Positions 42,129-55,238 are shown, counted from the stretch's first letter. The stretch is DNA of 64,000 nt from Eledone cirrhosa (GCA_964016885.1 OZ024746.1:5890001-5954000), one strand, 5' to 3'. The notes: a model not told the origin generated them from the letters alone. A program made the numbers and translations.

Positions 42129-43381
42129 TTGTTCACAGAATATTAAGTATTTGAGAGATTTTCATTGCGTTTGGGGGATATACAAGACTGGCAATGTTTT
42201 GACTCACAGAATGTGAAGTATTGCATAAAATTATACTAAACTTGGATAGTAGGACAGAATTCATATATAGTTATGTCCTGTCCTTAACATTCTGACTTAA
42301 AATCTCTCATGATCTTTTACGTCTTGGGTCATTATTGTCGATTACACGCATTAACCCTTTCATAACTACATTTCTGATGAAATACACCTTATTTTAATTA
42401 GATAATGAAGAATTTTGAAGGATTTTAAAAAATTACTAAGATGGTAAGTTAATGAAAGGTTCTTAACTAAAGGGCCAATGCATTGTTCTAGCATGGTCAA
42501 TGTCAATAACTGTTTTGTGGTAAAATAGTTAACGAAAAACCCTAAATTAGAATATTAGTCACCATATCAATAAGAAAGAGATTAATACTTAATAATATAT
42601 ATTTCTATTTTAACAAAATCATAGAATAAAGGTGTTTGTATTAATCACTAGAATAGTTTTTTCACGATGCAATTGTTTTAATTTTTACAAACAAGCTCAG
42701 ATTAAATCATTTGCCAAACAAGATATTGTTTACTAGAATGGAAAGATATTAGCAATTTCAATTAATATAAATTTATGTATTGCTCTCTCTATGTATGTAT
42801 GTATGTATGTATGTATGTATGTATGTATGTATGTATGTATGTATGTATGTATGTATGTATGTATGTATGTATGTATGCTACTGGTAACATGTAACCCAGT
42901 ACAACCTGTCGCATGGTCGGTGCGTCGGCGACTAAACCGGCAACCCCACCAAGTTTACTTGGTGAGAAGGGTGATTTTGGACACCCTGCAGAACATAAAA
43001 CAAAACCTGACAAACGGCCATCCAAAAGTGTCCAAAAATGTGTAAATATGTATATATACATGTACCGCGCCGTTAAACCACTGGGAGTGAACGACCCCTA
43101 GCCCATGTCAGGGTATTCTTCTGGGAGAAGGCAACTCAGGAAACTGGGATAATTCCGATATAAAACCTGCGGCTCAGTAGTTACCGATGATGTTGATCTT
43201 TTCTTCTTTTCGGGTTATAGCTACTGTCTCTCAGAGAGTGGGATTGGCTCAGTGCACAGTCTTTCCTCACTTTAAAATATATCTTCACGCACAGGCATTG
43301 CACGATAGAATTAATTAATAATTATTAATAATGGTATATCGTGCAATGGCCATACTCGATAACGAGGGGGTAGCCGTCATG

Positions 43382-43413
<32 letters not shown>

Positions 43414-44558
43414 TGTATGTACGTATGTACACGCATACGAATATGCCCTAATTTTGAAAATGGTAGTGCTTGTGCTGGACTAAAATGCCCCTAGCCCACA
43501 CTATAAAATAATAGTGTTGGGACGTGATAAATACACCCATCCTACTCTGTAAAGTGGTAGTCCTGATGTTATGATAAAAGGACCCAGTCTACCCCGCCAT
43601 GTGGTGCTATGGTAACATGCACCCAGTACATGCAATGAAATGATTAATGCTTGGGGGAGCATCCAACCAAAATTAGAAACCAAGACAAAATGGAAGATTT
43701 GAGCCAGACATTTGACCTGAGAACATGACATTTTAACACAGGTTGTGATGTTCTGAGGTCTGTTGTGTGAATATACTAAATGATCTATTGGACTTGTACA
43801 TTATTTTATTGACCACCAGAAAGATGAATGACAAAGTTGATATGAGAGTGTTGAGAAGCAGGACAAATGCTGATGTTCTAATGCCTCTGTCAATTTCACA
43901 CCTTGTTGTAATCTTCCACATTCAATGTCTACATCTTGCTATCATGCAGCATTATACTTCGTACACAAGATCATAAAATCTGCCTGTTGCTGTGAGAGAA
44001 AATTCCTATGTTGTGAGCAAATATAATAGCTCCCTAAACTCCACCACCCCAGTTTAACTTTGGTGGACTCGCTGTTGGTACACTCATTCACACCGGCATT
44101 TTGTTGTATCAGTAACAAAAACTAACAACTAATTCTAGTGAACTTTCTGAACATTTGAAGAAATATATTTTACATGTAAATGTACTGGTAACTTCTCTTG
44201 TACATCTCCCATTTCCAAATTCTATATTCTCTGTTAACATGCCTATGATCCCACGATACCTCTTGTGTGTTTATAGTTTACACTGGGTACACCATATCAA
44301 ATTTCTACCAACTCCTGTTCTCTATATGTGACATAGCTATTTCTCTGAAGATACAAGTGTCTTATCTCCTTTCTTAAGTGTTTCTTAAGTTAACTTTCAG
44401 GTTGTTTGATTCTAGATTTTGCTTCCATGTTTGAATATTTTCTTTAGTTCTTCTATAGATTTATCTATAAGAGTCACCAGCATATGGAAATATGTGTATA
44501 TATATATAGAGAGAGAGAGAGAGAAAGAGTGAGAGAGAGAGGGGGGAGGGGAGAAGTA

Positions 44559-44770
44559 GAACACTGGAAGGTAATATCCGTAGTGGTAGAGCACTCAGTC
44601 CATCATGGGACGAGTTAGGTAGAAGTGGTTACACAATAGTTAGTTCACCATACCGAGAACAATTGTTTCACCTTAGCGGATCCTCAGTTCGTAATGGCCA
44701 TTACGAGCTGAGGATCCGTTAAGGTGAAACAATTGTTCTCGGTTTGGTGAACTAACTGTTGTGTAACCAC

Positions 44771-44775
<5 letters not shown>
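44559..44775 (-). mobile_element. Fold-back 3' fragment of the same PLE family as 8460-10022, with an HHR in each arm
   Basis: Matches 9875-10015; 78-bp arms 44620-44697 and 44698-44775. Confidence 0.9.
44704..44741 (+). ncRNA. Minimal type I hammerhead ribozyme
   Basis: cgag-CTGAGGA-t cc gttaa gg t-GAAA-caattg-TT-ctcg. Confidence 0.8.
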
Positions 44776-44859
<84 letters not shown>

Positions 44860-46908
44860 GTGTGCATATACTTGTTACACTTGTTACACAAAATGTTGGG
44901 AACAACTGAATATGAAACCCTTTATTTAAAAAGTCTATGGTTAAAATATAATGTAATACTGTTTTAAATACTTGGAATATTTTGCATAGATTACTTAGAT
45001 AACTCGTAATATTAGTTTCTATTTTAATACATATACTTGGATTATTAGTCTAGGAAAGAGATACTAAATTTGGCATGAACTCTGGAGAAAAGATGACACC
45101 ATTCATTTAGATGCAGAATGGCAAACAGAGAATACACTCAGGCTGCATTGTCTAGTGCTGGAATTTATCATTAGTTTACAATGTTACTGTCACTGACTAG
45201 AGTTAATCAGATTAGAATCTTATATAAACAGAGATGTAGAGTTGGTCTGAACTATAGTAATGTTCATATAAGCAATATATGCAAACATGGTGCACTTATT
45301 TCTATTTCTAAGAGGATAATTAATAATCTCGTTTTAATCATACGATGACAAACTGAATGATTGATTGGATTTATTACAATGTTTAAGATTATGTATTTAT
45401 ACAATCTGTAAAAGGAAATTCGAACGATTTAATTATTCAATAACCTATTTTATCAGTAGTTATTTCTTAACTATTCTAGATAAATTTTATTTGTGACATT
45501 TGTCTTTATCACTCCCTTGAAACTACATTTAAATATTTCAAAGGAGAGAATAGTATACCGAACCAAAAAAGGTGCATATTTTATAGCAATAAAACTTTCA
45601 ATGAAATAACTTTCACTTAGTCTGTCCTTTACTTTCATGTTTATAGATTTACTGTTGCTAGTGAATAGAACGTTGAAGAACTGAAGTGTTTGGTTTTATT
45701 CAACTTTGGACTACCAGCCCATGTGTAGCAAAGATATTTCTGACGCAACATTTATTGGTATTTCTACTAAAGATGCTAAAGCATCAGATATCATAAGAAC
45801 ATTTTTTGGCTGAAGTGAATGTAGTCGCTATATGTATATCTGTATATAATATAGAGAAGTGAATGTATCTGTATATAATATATAATATAATGTTTGTTTG
45901 TTGGTTGGTATCTTCGTACACCACACAAAAATAAAAACTGGCAATGGAAAAGTACAGCAATGGAATAAGGGTATACCCAGAAAGGTTTATTGATAATTAT
46001 TTTATAACATCAAAGAAGAAAATAAAATCCTGGGTATGCTAACCAACCCTATTAATCAGCCTATGAGCTTTTTAGCCGACCCTCATGTATAGGTAAGATA
46101 TATTTATCTGAAATACCTCTGCTGTGGGATATGGCTGTCAAGAGAGAACTTTGGTGTATTTAGCCAAGCGTCTACTGTCTTTGGAAGACCTGCTTCCTCA
46201 GTAAAAATAAACTATCAAATAGGATTTCATATTTCACAGAAGATTAACTTATTCCAGAATATTCTGCAACCCATAACGATGTCTACTTATCTTTTTATTC
46301 TTGTAGAGGAATGAGCTTAAAGCAGATTGGCCATTTCACTTGATATTAGTAATCACTTCTTCGACTTACGTGACAAAAATAATGAAACTAGTTTTATCAA
46401 GCAGAGGTATCTATTTAGTCATAAAATATATATTTATCAAGTGGATATATATATATATATCGAATAAATATAATAATATGTGAAACGAATGTTGCTTTTG
46501 TCGTGAATTTATTACATACATTTTTTTTTTCGGAAGTTGTACAAGTTTCTAATATCCTTGCATATCACTGCATATAAAACAATAACATCAACAATAACAG
46601 CAGCAATAACAGTAGTTATAAACATAGCATGCAAATATAGAATTTTCAATACCAAATAAAAGTTACTAATTAATTTTGGGGTAAAAAAAAATGATTTTAG
46701 ATATTTTCAACAGGAGACAATGAATCTGTACATGGTCAAAGACAGAACTATACACATCATCGTGTATATATATAATGTGTATATATATATATAAATGTAG
46801 GTTCAACTTATTCACATATTATTATTGATATATTTTGACTCAAATAAGTATGTAGTTACATACATGCTTATAAGTATATATATATATATATATATAAATA
46901 TTTATTCA

Positions 46909-46991
46909 GGTTTATTATATTTCGAATACCTGATGATATCACCGGATTCATACGGAACCCGGTCATTGAAATGATCATAGTATAATAAACC
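46909..46991 (+). ncRNA. Type I hammerhead ribozyme, copy 1
   Basis: ggtttatt..atac-CTGATGA-..accgg..ccggt..-GAAA-tgatca-TA-gtat aataaacc. Confidence 0.85.
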
Positions 46992-47251
46992 TTTCAAGGA
47001 TTTACACAAGTCCAGCCTCCTGTTATTTTATTATAATATTTAACTCCGTACTAGCACCACCAACTACAACACGAAGACGGTTGAACTGCTTTACTTTGAG
47101 TACTCTCCATATTATTACATTAAGATTGACCATACGGAATTGACCAGCTCTATCCAGTGGTGAACTAGACCGGCTAAAGTGGAAGATGCTAGATGGTCGG
47201 TCGTCCTCCGGTCTTTGATTTAAGCCCCATGGATTTTATCTATTACATTCA

Positions 47252-47330
47252 TTTATTATATTTCGAATACCTGATGATATCACCGGATTCATACGGAACC
47301 CGGCCATTGAAATGATCATAGTATAATAAA
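47252..47330 (+). ncRNA. Type I hammerhead ribozyme, copy 2
   Basis: Same motif; CTGATGA at 47271, GAAA at 47309. Confidence 0.85.
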
Positions 47331-47371
47331 CTTTTCAAAGATTTACACAGAAGTCCAGCCTCCTATCATTT

Positions 47372-47404
<33 letters not shown>

Positions 47405-47405
<1 letters not shown>

Positions 47406-47587
47406 CGGAGGAAATGTAGTAAGGAACCAGCTGGACCATAACGCACCAAAGTACTCAATACTTAGGGTAGTAGAGTGGGTAATAGGAACGAGTAGGACCC
47501 CGACGGCTGAGCTCAAGCCGTTTCGACGGCTAATTCAGAATTAGCCGTCGAAACGGCTTGAGCTCAGCCGTCGGGGTCCTACTCGTT

Positions 47588-47592
<5 letters not shown>
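47405..47592 (-). mobile_element. Short fold-back element with a perfect 111-bp palindrome; sister of 57991-58181
   Basis: 55-bp arms around 47537; (TA)n on both sides. Confidence 0.9.
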
Positions 47593-47652
<60 letters not shown>

Positions 47653-47785
47653 GAAAAGTATAGAGATTATTGTAGCAAGAAGCCAACAGTATTCCATAAT
47701 ATATAAGTGACTATAGCGTCAAAATGGAAAAATAGTTAACGTAAGATGTGGGAAAATAATTCAAACTCAAAAAATATATATATAT

Positions 47786-48175
47786 ATATGTTATAAACGC
47801 CATACCACCTGAGAAGGCGGTCAAGAAAGCACTAACCACCTAAGCTAAAAAAGTCAAGCTAAACAGGTCAGACAAAACAAATGATAAAATCATGCATATA
47901 TATATATATATATATATACTTATAGTTATATATATGTGTAAATGTATATATATATATATGTATGAGTTTATCATTTATTTTGTCTGACCTGTTTAGCTTG
48001 ACTTTTTTAGCTTAGGTGGTTAGTGCTTTCTTGACCGCCTTCTCAGGTGGTATGGCGTTTATAACATATGTTTATAGCTCTGGGTTTTTAAACTATGGAA
48101 CGCTTGCCAGCAAGACTCTGAATTTGCGTTACGTTTCGCTTTTTCTACCCGTCGAAATGCGATTCACGCTGAATT
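47786..48175. repeat. Fold-back insert in (TA)n, arms of about 110 bp
   Basis: 47786-47897 is inverted against about 47958-48070. Confidence 0.85.
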
Positions 48176-48239
48176 TATATTTGTATATATATATATATAT
48201 TGAAAGGATACCTGCAATAACTCCAAGTCACACCCCCTA

Positions 48240-48369
<130 letters not shown>

Positions 48370-48377
48370 TGTATGTA

Positions 48378-48429
<52 letters not shown>

Positions 48430-48432
48430 TAT

Positions 48433-49911
48433 ACGGGATAACAGGTTATCGTTATGGCAGTCCACTTAGATGTAGTCCAGTTCGAGTAGTTCGTGTAGTA
48501 GATAGTATTAACGTGTGGCTTAGTTTGACTCAACAAGACGTTTCCATAGTGATGCTGCGAGTTCGCGGTGATTTCTATGTAGTTTATACTTGGAGTAATA
48601 ATAATTCAAGAAAGAAGAGTGACATGGTTCGCTATACAATAAGAGATTTATTCACATTGCTGACAATTGTTTCTTTGATCTGGTAGGTCTAGAGCTCGCT
48701 ATCCGCCTGATTATGCGCCAATCGATCTCCAATACTTTGTTTATAAACAGTCGTTTTCATCATTCTTGTGAAGAAGATACATAATGCATGGTTTTTATAT
48801 AGGTGTGGTATTAAACCAGAACAATAATATCAATGATAAAATAAAATAACTAGATAGCAGATAGTTAAAATAATAAAGTCAATATAAGTAAGAGATAGAG
48901 TATAATGAAGAATCTAGCATGTTAAACAAACTGATATGATACAGATGTATGGAATTGACGTGTGAAAACTGCTATAGGGTACATTAGATATAGTGATGGG
49001 GTGGCGACTAGATAACAGTAACCAATAAATGGACTTGGAGACATGAATTTATGAGGTATCCACTATGCTGTAGGTATTCTGGAAATAAACCGGAGATTTA
49101 CTTTTTATTTTTTATTTGACAGGTAAACATTTTCGTTTGATTAATTTAGTGATGATGATAGTTTTTATGTGGTGTTAAATAGAGTTGTAGATTCGTTATT
49201 TAAGTGTCCTATACTAAAGTTAGGGATTGTTAGTTCGAATCGTGGGGTTTAGTTTTCACAGCATCAATAACAAATCGTGTATAAATAAGACAGTGATAAC
49301 AACAATAATTATTTCTACTTTAGGCACAAGGCCAGCAATCACCAGTATATTACTGGTACTTTATTTTATCGACCCCGTAAGGCAAAGTTAACCTTTCATC
49401 AACAATAATAGAAGCAATAAAGGGAATAAAATAGTAAAATGTGCATGGTAGATATAGAGAACATGATGAATAATATTAGGGATACATTGAGATGTTCATA
49501 ATAATAATAATAAGAAGAAGAATAATAAGAGGAAAGTGAGATTTCAAGGGGTGTAGGAGTAATAAGATAATGTACTTAGAATTAGGTTCATCTGTTAGAG
49601 ATCATGAGTGTTAATGAGAGATATAATTGCTTGGTTCGAAGGAGTGGGTAACAGCAAAGGTGGGATTGATTTATGGGCTGATAAGATAGTTGTAGACATA
49701 TTCCAGTGGTATAGAATTAGGGAGGCTATAAGATATTTATAGAAGATTATAGTTCCGTATTGGGCTGTGTGAGAAGGCGTATTTCATATGTTAAAAGCTA
49801 AGTGATATAGCGAGCTCTAGACCTACCAGATCAAAGAAACAATTGTCAGCAATGTGAATAAAGCCCTTATTGTATAGCGAACCATGTCAATCTTCTTTCT
49901 TGATTTATTAT

Positions 49912-49915
<4 letters not shown>
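48433..49915 (-). mobile_element. Old PLE-like insert with an inverted terminal segment of about 105 bp, interrupted by a SINE fragment at 49305-49395
   Basis: 48597-48703 is inverted at 49808-49912; (TA)n at both ends; weak PLE-like peptide remnants on the minus strand. Confidence 0.55.
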
Positions 49916-49959
<44 letters not shown>

Positions 49960-50419
49960 GAAAACACAGGTAAGCATTAAGAGAAGGATTTTATCCAGGT
50001 ATTTATGACCGTTTCATTGGTAAGTGCAACCTTATATTGCTATACTGCAAATAGCAGCCACTCAATTATAATTGTTGTTCACAGTCCAAATTTTCAAAAT
50101 AGTAAGTTACTCTTGAAATACTTCTTAATATATAGAGAAAAACATTTATTTGGAATTGTATTTACTAGTATAGAGAGATAGGAATCAGGAGGTGAGGGGA
50201 CAGACGGCATAGTATAGAGAGAGAGGACGGGGGAAGAGGTAGGAAGTAGAATGACAAACTGAGATGGAAGGAGGGGTAGAGGTGGAAGGATTCTTTGGTC
50301 AGTTTTGATAGCAGACATCATGTCGTGGAGTGTAGTGAGTTAAAGAGAATTAAATAGATAATAGTGGGAGGGATGGATAGAGAGGGAGAGAGAGAGAGAG
50401 GGGGAGGAGATATAAAGAG

Positions 50420-50465
<46 letters not shown>

Positions 50466-50902
50466 CACACACACATACATATATATATAAAAATAAAAAT
50501 AAAGATAATAATGACAAAAATAAAAGCAAAGAAGGGGGTGAGAAAGAAGAAAAGAAAAGATAGCCAAGAAGGGGGAAGGAGGGAAGAAACCGAAGAAATA
50601 GAAGAGGAATGAGGGAGGAGAGGGGGGTATATGTATTGGTTTTGTGGGTAATTAAAGGGTTTAGATATAAGAGGGTATAAAGTCTAAGTATATGCAGTTT
50701 GTCAGTTAGAGAAGCAAAAAATTGCTTATTGTGATCCAGTTTTTGGTTAAGAAAGCCAGTTTCATGGATGGTTTCAACGTACGGTTAGGGGTAACTCCAC
50801 AAGTTTGTAAGAATTCCGTTCAATCTTGGAGTATAAAGTATAAAAGAGAAAACAATAAATGTTTTTCTCTATATATTAAGAATTATTTCAAGAGTAACCT
50901 AC

Positions 50903-51003
50903 TATTTTGAAAATTTGGACTGTGAACAACAATTATAATTGAGTGGCTGCTATTTGCAGTATAGCAATATAAGGTGCACTTTCCAATGAAACGGTCGTAA
51001 ATA
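50903..51003 (+). ncRNA. Hammerhead with U3-A8 core and branched stem II (5' pLTR)
   Basis: tatt-TTGAAAA-t ttgg...ccaa t-GAAA-cggtcg-TA-aata. Confidence 0.65.
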
Positions 51004-51234
51004 CCTGGATAAAATCCTTCTCTTAATGCTTACCTGTGTTTTCTCTTTTATACTTTATACTCCAAGATTGAACGGAATTCTTACAAACTTGTGGAGTTAC
51101 CCCTAACCGTACGTTGAAACCATCCATGAAACTGGCTTTCTTAACCAAAAACTGGATCACAATAAGCAATTTTTTGCTTCTCTAACTACAGGCTCCTTAT
51201 CGGTCGAGCAACCACCTAAACATACGGTACTACT

Positions 51235-53589
51235 ATGGAAAAGCATTACATAGGTATGTCCCTAAAGAACATTCCTATACCTCGGAGAAAGGATTATACT
51301 CTCGGGATGATACAGCGAACAAACGACTTTATACGCAGAGTTAGATTGAAAACTTTCCATTTCGACAAAGGACGTAATGGACGCACCGTGGAATATAACA
51401 AGGAAACATACGGCTTCAAATCGTGTAAAAACCCACCTACCAACCCCCAACTGGATGCCTTTGAACAGGACTTACTGAAGATGATTATGAATATCAAATT
51501 CAAAAAGCGGAGGAATAATAAACTCCAGAATGACATAAATACATTCCTAAAAAAGCTGCGAACCACCAATGGAATTATTGTCAAAGCGGACAAAACATCA
51601 CATGTGTATACGATGGACATTAATACATACAATAGCTTCATACGGAAGGAATTACATAGGAAATACAAAAAAACAAGAGGCGGCACTGATAAACATCAAC
51701 AACGAGGCACACAATATAGTCAAACACCTAGGAATAGACGACAGAACGGAGCCACTTAAGCCATGTACCCCCACATTTAACCTCAAAGACCACAAGGTAA
51801 ATTTTGATTATAACCCCACTATTAGACTTATATGCCCGTCCAAATCGGACATCGGGAAAATTAGTAAACATATATTAGACAGAGTGATAGCACAAATGAA
51901 GAATAAACGAGTGATTAAACTATGGGGTAATGCTACCGAAACAATTAAGTGGTTTAACAATATAGCTAACAAAGAAGTATCTAAATTTATACAGTTTGAC
52001 ATTAACGATTATTACTCATCTATATCCCCCAACACCTTGGATAACGCCTTAGCATTCGCCAAAGCCAATTCTGACATAACAGACGACGAGATAAAAATCA
52101 TATTAGCTGCTAGGAAAACAATAATTAATTTGAAAACGCCTATTGGGAACGTAAGGATAGATTAAATAACTTTGACATCACGATGGGGGCTAACGACTCG
52201 GCTCAAGTCACAGACTTAGTAGGTATTTACATAGCCCATAGTTTACAAAGCGAGTTTAGCGACCTTCACGGTGGAATCTACAGAGACGACGCCCTTCTCC
52301 TAGTTAAGAACCTAAATAACCAGAGCATAGAAAGACTCCGTAAGAATATTAGAAAGACTCTCGGAAAACTAGGCCTTAGCATAACGTATGAGTATAGCAC
52401 TAAAACAGTTAACTTTCTAGACGTGACGCTTAACCTAAATACGGGACTTATAAGACCTTTTCACAAGATTAATGAAAACTTAGCATACATCAACTGTAAC
52501 TCAAACCACCCACTATCAATAATTAAATCCATTCCACGCAGCATATCCCTTAGGATCTCCCGCCTCTCATCTAACCGGCAAATCTTCGAAGAACATGCAG
52601 AATACTACAATACCGCATTAGACAAGGCAGGCCATTTAGATAGAGTAGCATATATAGATGAAAGCCTCTGTGAAGCGCACACGAACACGCATAACACAAA
52701 CTCCAGAAACACACGCATACACACATTTACGCATAGAACTGCAAAGTATACGGCAAATAGAAATACAACATCGAAATCAAACAAGTCACGCAGTAGAAAA
52801 TATATCTGGTATAACCCCATATTTAACACCTCTATTAGTACTAACCTACCCTCTACTTTCTTTAGAATAATAAATAGGCACTTTCCAGATTCACATAGAT
52901 ACAGCAAAATCCTTAACACTAAATCTATTAGGCTATCCTACTCCACGGCACCAAATATAGAGGCACACATTAAGATGCTTAACGCTAAAAAGATACATAA
53001 CAACACCAAAACACAAATTTACAACAATAACAATACAATTACCATCGAACACAACAGAATATCTAATACACAACCACCCGCTAATAGGCAAACAAAACGT
53101 AACACACTTGTTCAGGCATCGCAGCCCACAAATAATGCCAAAGTTGCCCATAACAAGAAATGTAACTGCCACCTACCTGAAACCTGTCCATTACAAAATG
53201 AATGTAGGCAGTCTAACCTGGTTTACCAATGCACAGTGGAATCAGACAACCAGAAATGGTATTACATCGGAGCGACTGGGAATACGTTTAAAGCTCGTTG
53301 GTATACACACCGTTACGCAATGAAACATTCCCAGCACCGTTATGTAACTACCCTTGCAAACAAGACCTGGCAACTGAGGGAAAGTAACCATCAATACACC
53401 CTGAAGTGGAAAAAATTATCGAACGCGCCCCCATATCGGAGTAGTATGAGAAGCTGTCGATTATGCGACCTTGAGCTGTTCCACATCTTAAGCTCGAAGA
53501 ATAGGTTACTCAACAATAAAATTGAGAGATCAATTTATTGTAACCATAGACTCAAAGAGAAGTTTTCGCACTACAAATCGAACCCTTAA
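51235..53589 (+). CDS. PLE RT plus GIY-YIG endonuclease, about 785 aa, split by two frameshifts (near 51670 and 52130)
   Basis: SLKNIPIP, KADKT, LKDHK, RLICPSKSDIGKISK, QFDINDYYSSI, FDITMGANDSA, GIYRDDAL, SNHP, CNCHLPETCPLQNEC, LVYQC..YIGATGNTFKARWYTH, CRLC, CNH. Confidence 0.93.
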
Positions 53590-53843
53590 CCTCTTACTAC
53601 CAACTGACAAACTGCATATACTTAGACTTTATACCCTCTTATATCTAAACCCTTTAATTACCCACAAAACCAATACATATACCCCCCTCTCCTCCCTCAT
53701 TCCTCTTCTATTTCTTCGGTTTCTTCCCTCCTTCCCCCTTCTTGGCTATCTTTTCTTTTCTTCTTTCTCACCCCCTTCTTTGCTTTTATTTTTGTCATTA
53801 TTATCTTTATTTTTATTTTTATATATATATGTATGTGTGTGTG

Positions 53844-53920
<77 letters not shown>

Positions 53921-54238
53921 CTCTTTATATCTCCTCCCCCTCTCTCTCTCTCTCCCTCTCTATCCATCCCTCCCACTATTATCTATTTAATTCTCTTTAA
54001 CTCACTTCACTCCACGACATGATGTCTGCTATCAAAACTGACCAAAGAATCCTTCCACCTCTACCCCTCCTTCCATCTCAGTTTGTCATTCTACTTCCTA
54101 CCTCTTCCCCCGTCCTCTCTCTCTATACTATGCCGTCTGTCCCCTCACCTCCTGATTCCTATCTCTCTATACTAGTAAATACAATTCCAAATAAATGTTT
54201 TTCTCTATATATTAAGAATTATTTCAAGAGTAACTTAC

Positions 54239-54340
54239 TATTTTGAAAATTTGGACTGTGAACAACAATTATAATTGAGTGGCTTCTATTTGCAGTATAG
54301 CAATATAAGGTTGCACTTACCAATGAAACGGTCGTAAATA
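54239..54340 (+). ncRNA. Hammerhead with U3-A8 core (3' pLTR); a third copy lies on the minus strand at 50000-50101
   Basis: TTGAAAA at 54243, GAAA at 54325, GTA cleavage triplet at 54334-54336. Confidence 0.65.
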
Positions 54341-54538
54341 CCTGAATAAAATCCTTCTCTTAATGCTTACCTGTGTTTTCTCTTTTATACTTTATACTCC
54401 AAATTGAACGGAATTCTTACAAACTTGTGGAGTTACCCCTAACCGTACGTTGAAACCATCCATGAAACTGGCTTTCTTAACCAAAAACTGGATTACAATA
54501 AGCAATTTTTTGCTTCTCTAACTATATATATATATATA

Positions 54539-54682
54539 TATTTCTGAAGACGGCATATATATGAGTTGGTATGTATATTTAATTTTGATAGTTTGTATAA
54601 TTTTGTATAATTTTGTACATAGATCTGTTAAATATACATGCCAATTCTAACACATATATATCCCAGAAACGATCGTTAAATA
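54539..54682 (+). ncRNA. Type I hammerhead with a 115-nt stem II hairpin
   Basis: tattt-CTGAAGA-[atatatatg..ttggtatgtatatttaa...ttaaatatacatgccaa..catatatat]-GAAA-cgatcg-TT-aaata. Confidence 0.75.
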
Positions 54683-55238
54683 ATGAACTTTTTTTGTTTA
54701 ATATAAGGAACTGTTTCATTGTTTTATTCATTATTTTTTTAATATTTTATATATATATATATATATATGTGTGTATGTAGAGGTTATATTTAATTTGTTG
54801 GGATTCAACAAGCTTAAAATATATATATATATGTATGTATATATTTATATTTCTCACATAGTTGCACTTATACATACTACATACATATATACATACGTAA
54901 ATATATATATGCATATACACTTACATATGTACTTACATGCATATAGACATACACTCATACATACATACACATACACACACTCACAATAACAAACATACAT
55001 ACACACGTAACTCTAATTTTCTACATAGTCGAAGAATAATTAAAGATAGGAAATAAAATTGATAAAACGTAAATGTAGGAGGAGGGGGAGATATAAGAGA
55101 CGGGGGAGGAGGAGGGGGAGGAGAAGGAAAAATATGTAAAATGACAAGAAAAAGAAAAGGAAGGGGGACGAGGAAGATGTAAGAGGAAGGAGGATAAGAA
55201 GAGGAAGGAGAGGAAGAAAAAAAGAGAAGAAAAGTAAA

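Larger units (their letters stand above)
46897..47380 (+). mobile_element. Retrozyme-like element: 341-bp unit bounded by two HHRs, within (TA)n
   Basis: 46911-47035 repeated at 47252-47378; no ORF. Confidence 0.85.
49952..54523 (+). mobile_element. Near full-length Penelope-like element (Naiad-like): inverted pLTR, partial direct pLTR, ORF, full pLTR, within (TA)n
   Basis: 49952-50853 inverted; 50854-51187 matches 54191-54523; pLTR 53602-54523. Confidence 0.95.

Noticed and set aside
49795-49856. GAAA-caattg-TC-agc hammerhead half
   Set aside because: No recognisable CUGANGA in either arm; at best a fossil
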